This document shows positions 61,400 through 64,000 of a stretch of DNA of 64,000 nucleotides, piece after piece (the stretch's first letter is position 1; every line of letters begins with the position of its first letter). This stretch comes from Nageia nagi. Lineage: Eukaryota > Plantae > Pinophyta. The stretch spans positions 198,462,001-198,526,000 of the forward strand of contig JBITNC010000001.1 in assembly GCA_050084985.1 (NCBI GenBank), written 5' to 3'. The notes under the pieces are model-generated. The model saw only the letters and a list, made by a program, of their open reading frames with translations, made no database searches and was not told where the DNA came from. The position numbers were made by a program, and so were the translations under genes.

Positions 61400-64000
61400 G
61401 GAGTCTCACACTTAGCCAATTTCAGCTTATAACCTTGGTCGCACGGTTTGAGATGAGTCCTTTTTCATTGCCTGAAAAGCATGCAATTGGGTCCTGAATC
61501 AGTCAAATTTAGGGCATCATTTCTTCACTTCACACTTGGGCGCATGGATCTAGGTGAGTGGAAAAGCATGTAGTGCAAAGCATGTGCCTCACATTCTAGG
61601 GTTCAAATAAAATGTCTTAGCCAAAAATGGCTAACTGGATGCACAAACAAAACCCTAACTCCTCATTCCTCCTTAGCGCACTGTTTGAGATAAGTGCTCA
61701 AGCATGTCCCTAAAATGGTGTGACTGGGGATCTAAATGCAAATCTGAAATGAAGCAATGAAAATGACTAAGGGGTGGCTTAGTATTTATAGTATCCAAGG
61801 CTGCCACATGTCACCTTTTGGTTGGTTGAACTGGAGGTCAAATGATGGGGTGGAGTAGAGGCTGCATGGTTTTGGATGAGTGCAAAAGCATGTGCTAGAA
61901 TGCGTGTGCCTAAGAATGGGGGACTTAGCCAACTTTCATGTCAATTTGAAGCTCTATTTCTTGGTCGCACCCTTTGGAATGGGTGCAAAACAATGCACCT
62001 TGAAGTATGCGCTCAAGCCTCCTTGCTTGAATTTTAATACTTAGTCAATTTCACTTCCGAACTAGGATGTCTAAGTTGGGTGCATGATTAAGGGGGAGCA
62101 TTTAAGCCTGTGTAGAAATTGATGCGATTGGCCTGTGGCACACCTCCCGAGATTAGAAATTCCAAAAAATAATGAAAATGACCAAAAAAATGTTTTAGCG
62201 GACATGCTTTTTCTCCTTAACTCCACATAATGCTCCAGACTCAACTTTCCAAACTGATCAACTTTGGCTGACCTTCCTTTTATATCCTTCTCGAATGGGA
62301 CAGGTGTCATCTTGTGATTGGTCTCGAGGGGGTCAAATGCATGTATTCACACTTGTCATCATTAGGACCCAACACTTAGCCAAATTTTATTGCTTGAACT
62401 TGGGTGCACCGTTTAGGAGACATGCAAAAGCATGTCCTTTAAAACATGCGCCTAGTTGTTTAAAGGACTTTTACTCAGAAATTGGCTAAGTATAGAGCCT
62501 CTAATTCTTGGTTGCATTGTTTTGGGGGCATGCAAAAGCATGTCCCTCAAAACATGCGACTTGCTCTTTTCCTTGCAAGTTGAATGACTTTATAAAATAT
62601 GCTAAGCATGGGAAGTCCACCTCTTGGTCGCATCGTTTCGGGGACATGCAAAAGCATGTCCCTCAAAACATGCGACTAAGCCTTTTCTTCATGATTTTGC
62701 AAAAATATTCTAAGTATGAAATCTCTCAGCCCTGGTCGCACCATTTTGGGACATGCAAAAAGCATGTCTCTCAAAACATGCAACTAGCTGAAAAACATGA
62801 TTTTTCTTTGATAAATTGACCAGTATGATTCCAACATGAGATGCAATGAAAGGGAGATAAATTTTGCAGCATGAGGGACCTGAAAATGCAAGTTTAAGGG
62901 CCAAAAATGCAAGTGTAAGTGTGAAAAATGTAGCATGAGGTTGGGCGCATTATTTGGGGGATATGCAAAAGCATGTCCCTCAAAACATGCGACTAAGGAA
63001 AGATGCAAAATTTTGACTGGACTTGATCATATGAGTGCAAACTTTGACATGTTTTCTATAGCTAGACCATGATGCATGCATTCTTTTTAGACAAGACTTC
63101 TTCCATGCATTCGTACTTGATTTTTCAAGGGTCCTCAAAATGCAAAATTTTGGGGGGTGTTGTGCAGACACAACAGACCCAAGGACACTTGCGTTGGGCT
63201 TGTCATTTCCCCTTCTGGTGCAAATGCAAACTAAGACATCCACTTTGACTCCTCCAATACCTGTGGTAGCATTCCAAAGACTCATATAAGCGAAAAGGTG
63301 GAAATGGACTAAGTATCAAGCATGAAAACCCCTCCTCTACCCTAGTGCAGGTTTGACAGGAGACACTTGTCTCATCCAAGATGTGCGCCCAACTCATGCA
63401 TACCTACTGTTGTGCCTACACAACACCCCCCAATTTTTTTTGCATTTCGAGGACCCTCAGGAAACATAAAAGAAGAAAAGATCGCATGAAACCTATCTAA
63501 AAGGATGCATATCTTTTGGAGGATGTTGGGAACATGTTTTGTTTGCATTTTCACAGTAGTAGTGTCATTTTGTATGCACTTTTCTCCTATTGCATGTTTT
63601 CCATAGAGTGCTTTTGCACCCCCTTTCAGCCATGCGACCATGCAGCCTTGTCTTTGTCATCTACATCACCTGTTTAAGAGCTTCTAAGGGCCTCCTTTTT
63701 TGCATTTCACCCACCTTGCATCATGTTTGTCATCATGTTGTCAAAAAATGCAGGAAAAGGGCATATTTTCAGCCTGTCGCATGTTTTTGAGGAAGTCCTT
63801 TTTGCACCCCCTAGAGAAGGTGCGACTAGGTTGGGTTTCATCTCATACTTAGCATTTTTTTTGTTCCACTTTGATGTCGCATACATTCAGTTGAGTCCTT
63901 TTGCACTCCTCCCAAAGGGTGCAACCAATGCAGCTGTTAATACTTAGCATTTATTTTTTTCACTTTCGCATACTTTGTAAGGTGTCATCTTGCATTCCTC
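61400..64000. repeat. Array of ~50-bp hairpin repeats (GTCGCA..TTTGGGGACATGC-AAAA-GCATGTCCCTCAAAACATGCGAC) upstream of the C2 ORF; orientation flips at ~63290
   Basis: Units near 61540, 61675, 61862, 61962, 62402, 62510, 62625, 62733 and 62942. Inverted units near 63776 and 63875. Confidence 0.87.

Larger units (their letters stand above)
39847..64000 (-). mobile_element. Element C2 (accessory-ORF family C); host of the copia pair; continues beyond the window
   Basis: Homologous to 1-4229. Its ORF is split at a CTCCC/TTCCC TSD. Confidence 0.85.

Overview
The window is plant (probably gymnosperm, by inference from the element types) intergenic DNA made almost entirely of nested, decayed transposons. 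I found no intact host gene, RNA gene or CRISPR array. Elements resolved by their target-site duplications (TSDs): a near full-length chromodomain Ty3/Gypsy (11622-18015), a non-autonomous gag-protease Gypsy (32044-38138) with a solo LTR in gag, a non-autonomous hAT (8829-10758), and two Ty1/Copia copies of one family. The second copia (50475-58968, -) sits in opposite orientation inside the 3' UTR of the first (43232-59540, +). This makes a ~6 kb-armed inverted repeat, and ~1.2 kb of it looks homogenised by gene conversion. The most novel-looking feature is a module present in two diverged element families (22400-28170 +; 39847-64000 -; plus a deleted copy at 1-4229). It consists of an array of ~50-bp palindromic CATGC-rich repeats with variable spacers, then TATA-like motifs, then a ~1,050-1,180-codon accessory ORF that is not gag or pol, then a conserved small stem-loop. 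One array holds a perfect 148-bp palindrome (22666-22813). The other is mirrored around a centre near 63290. All alignments and divergence figures are by eye and approximate.
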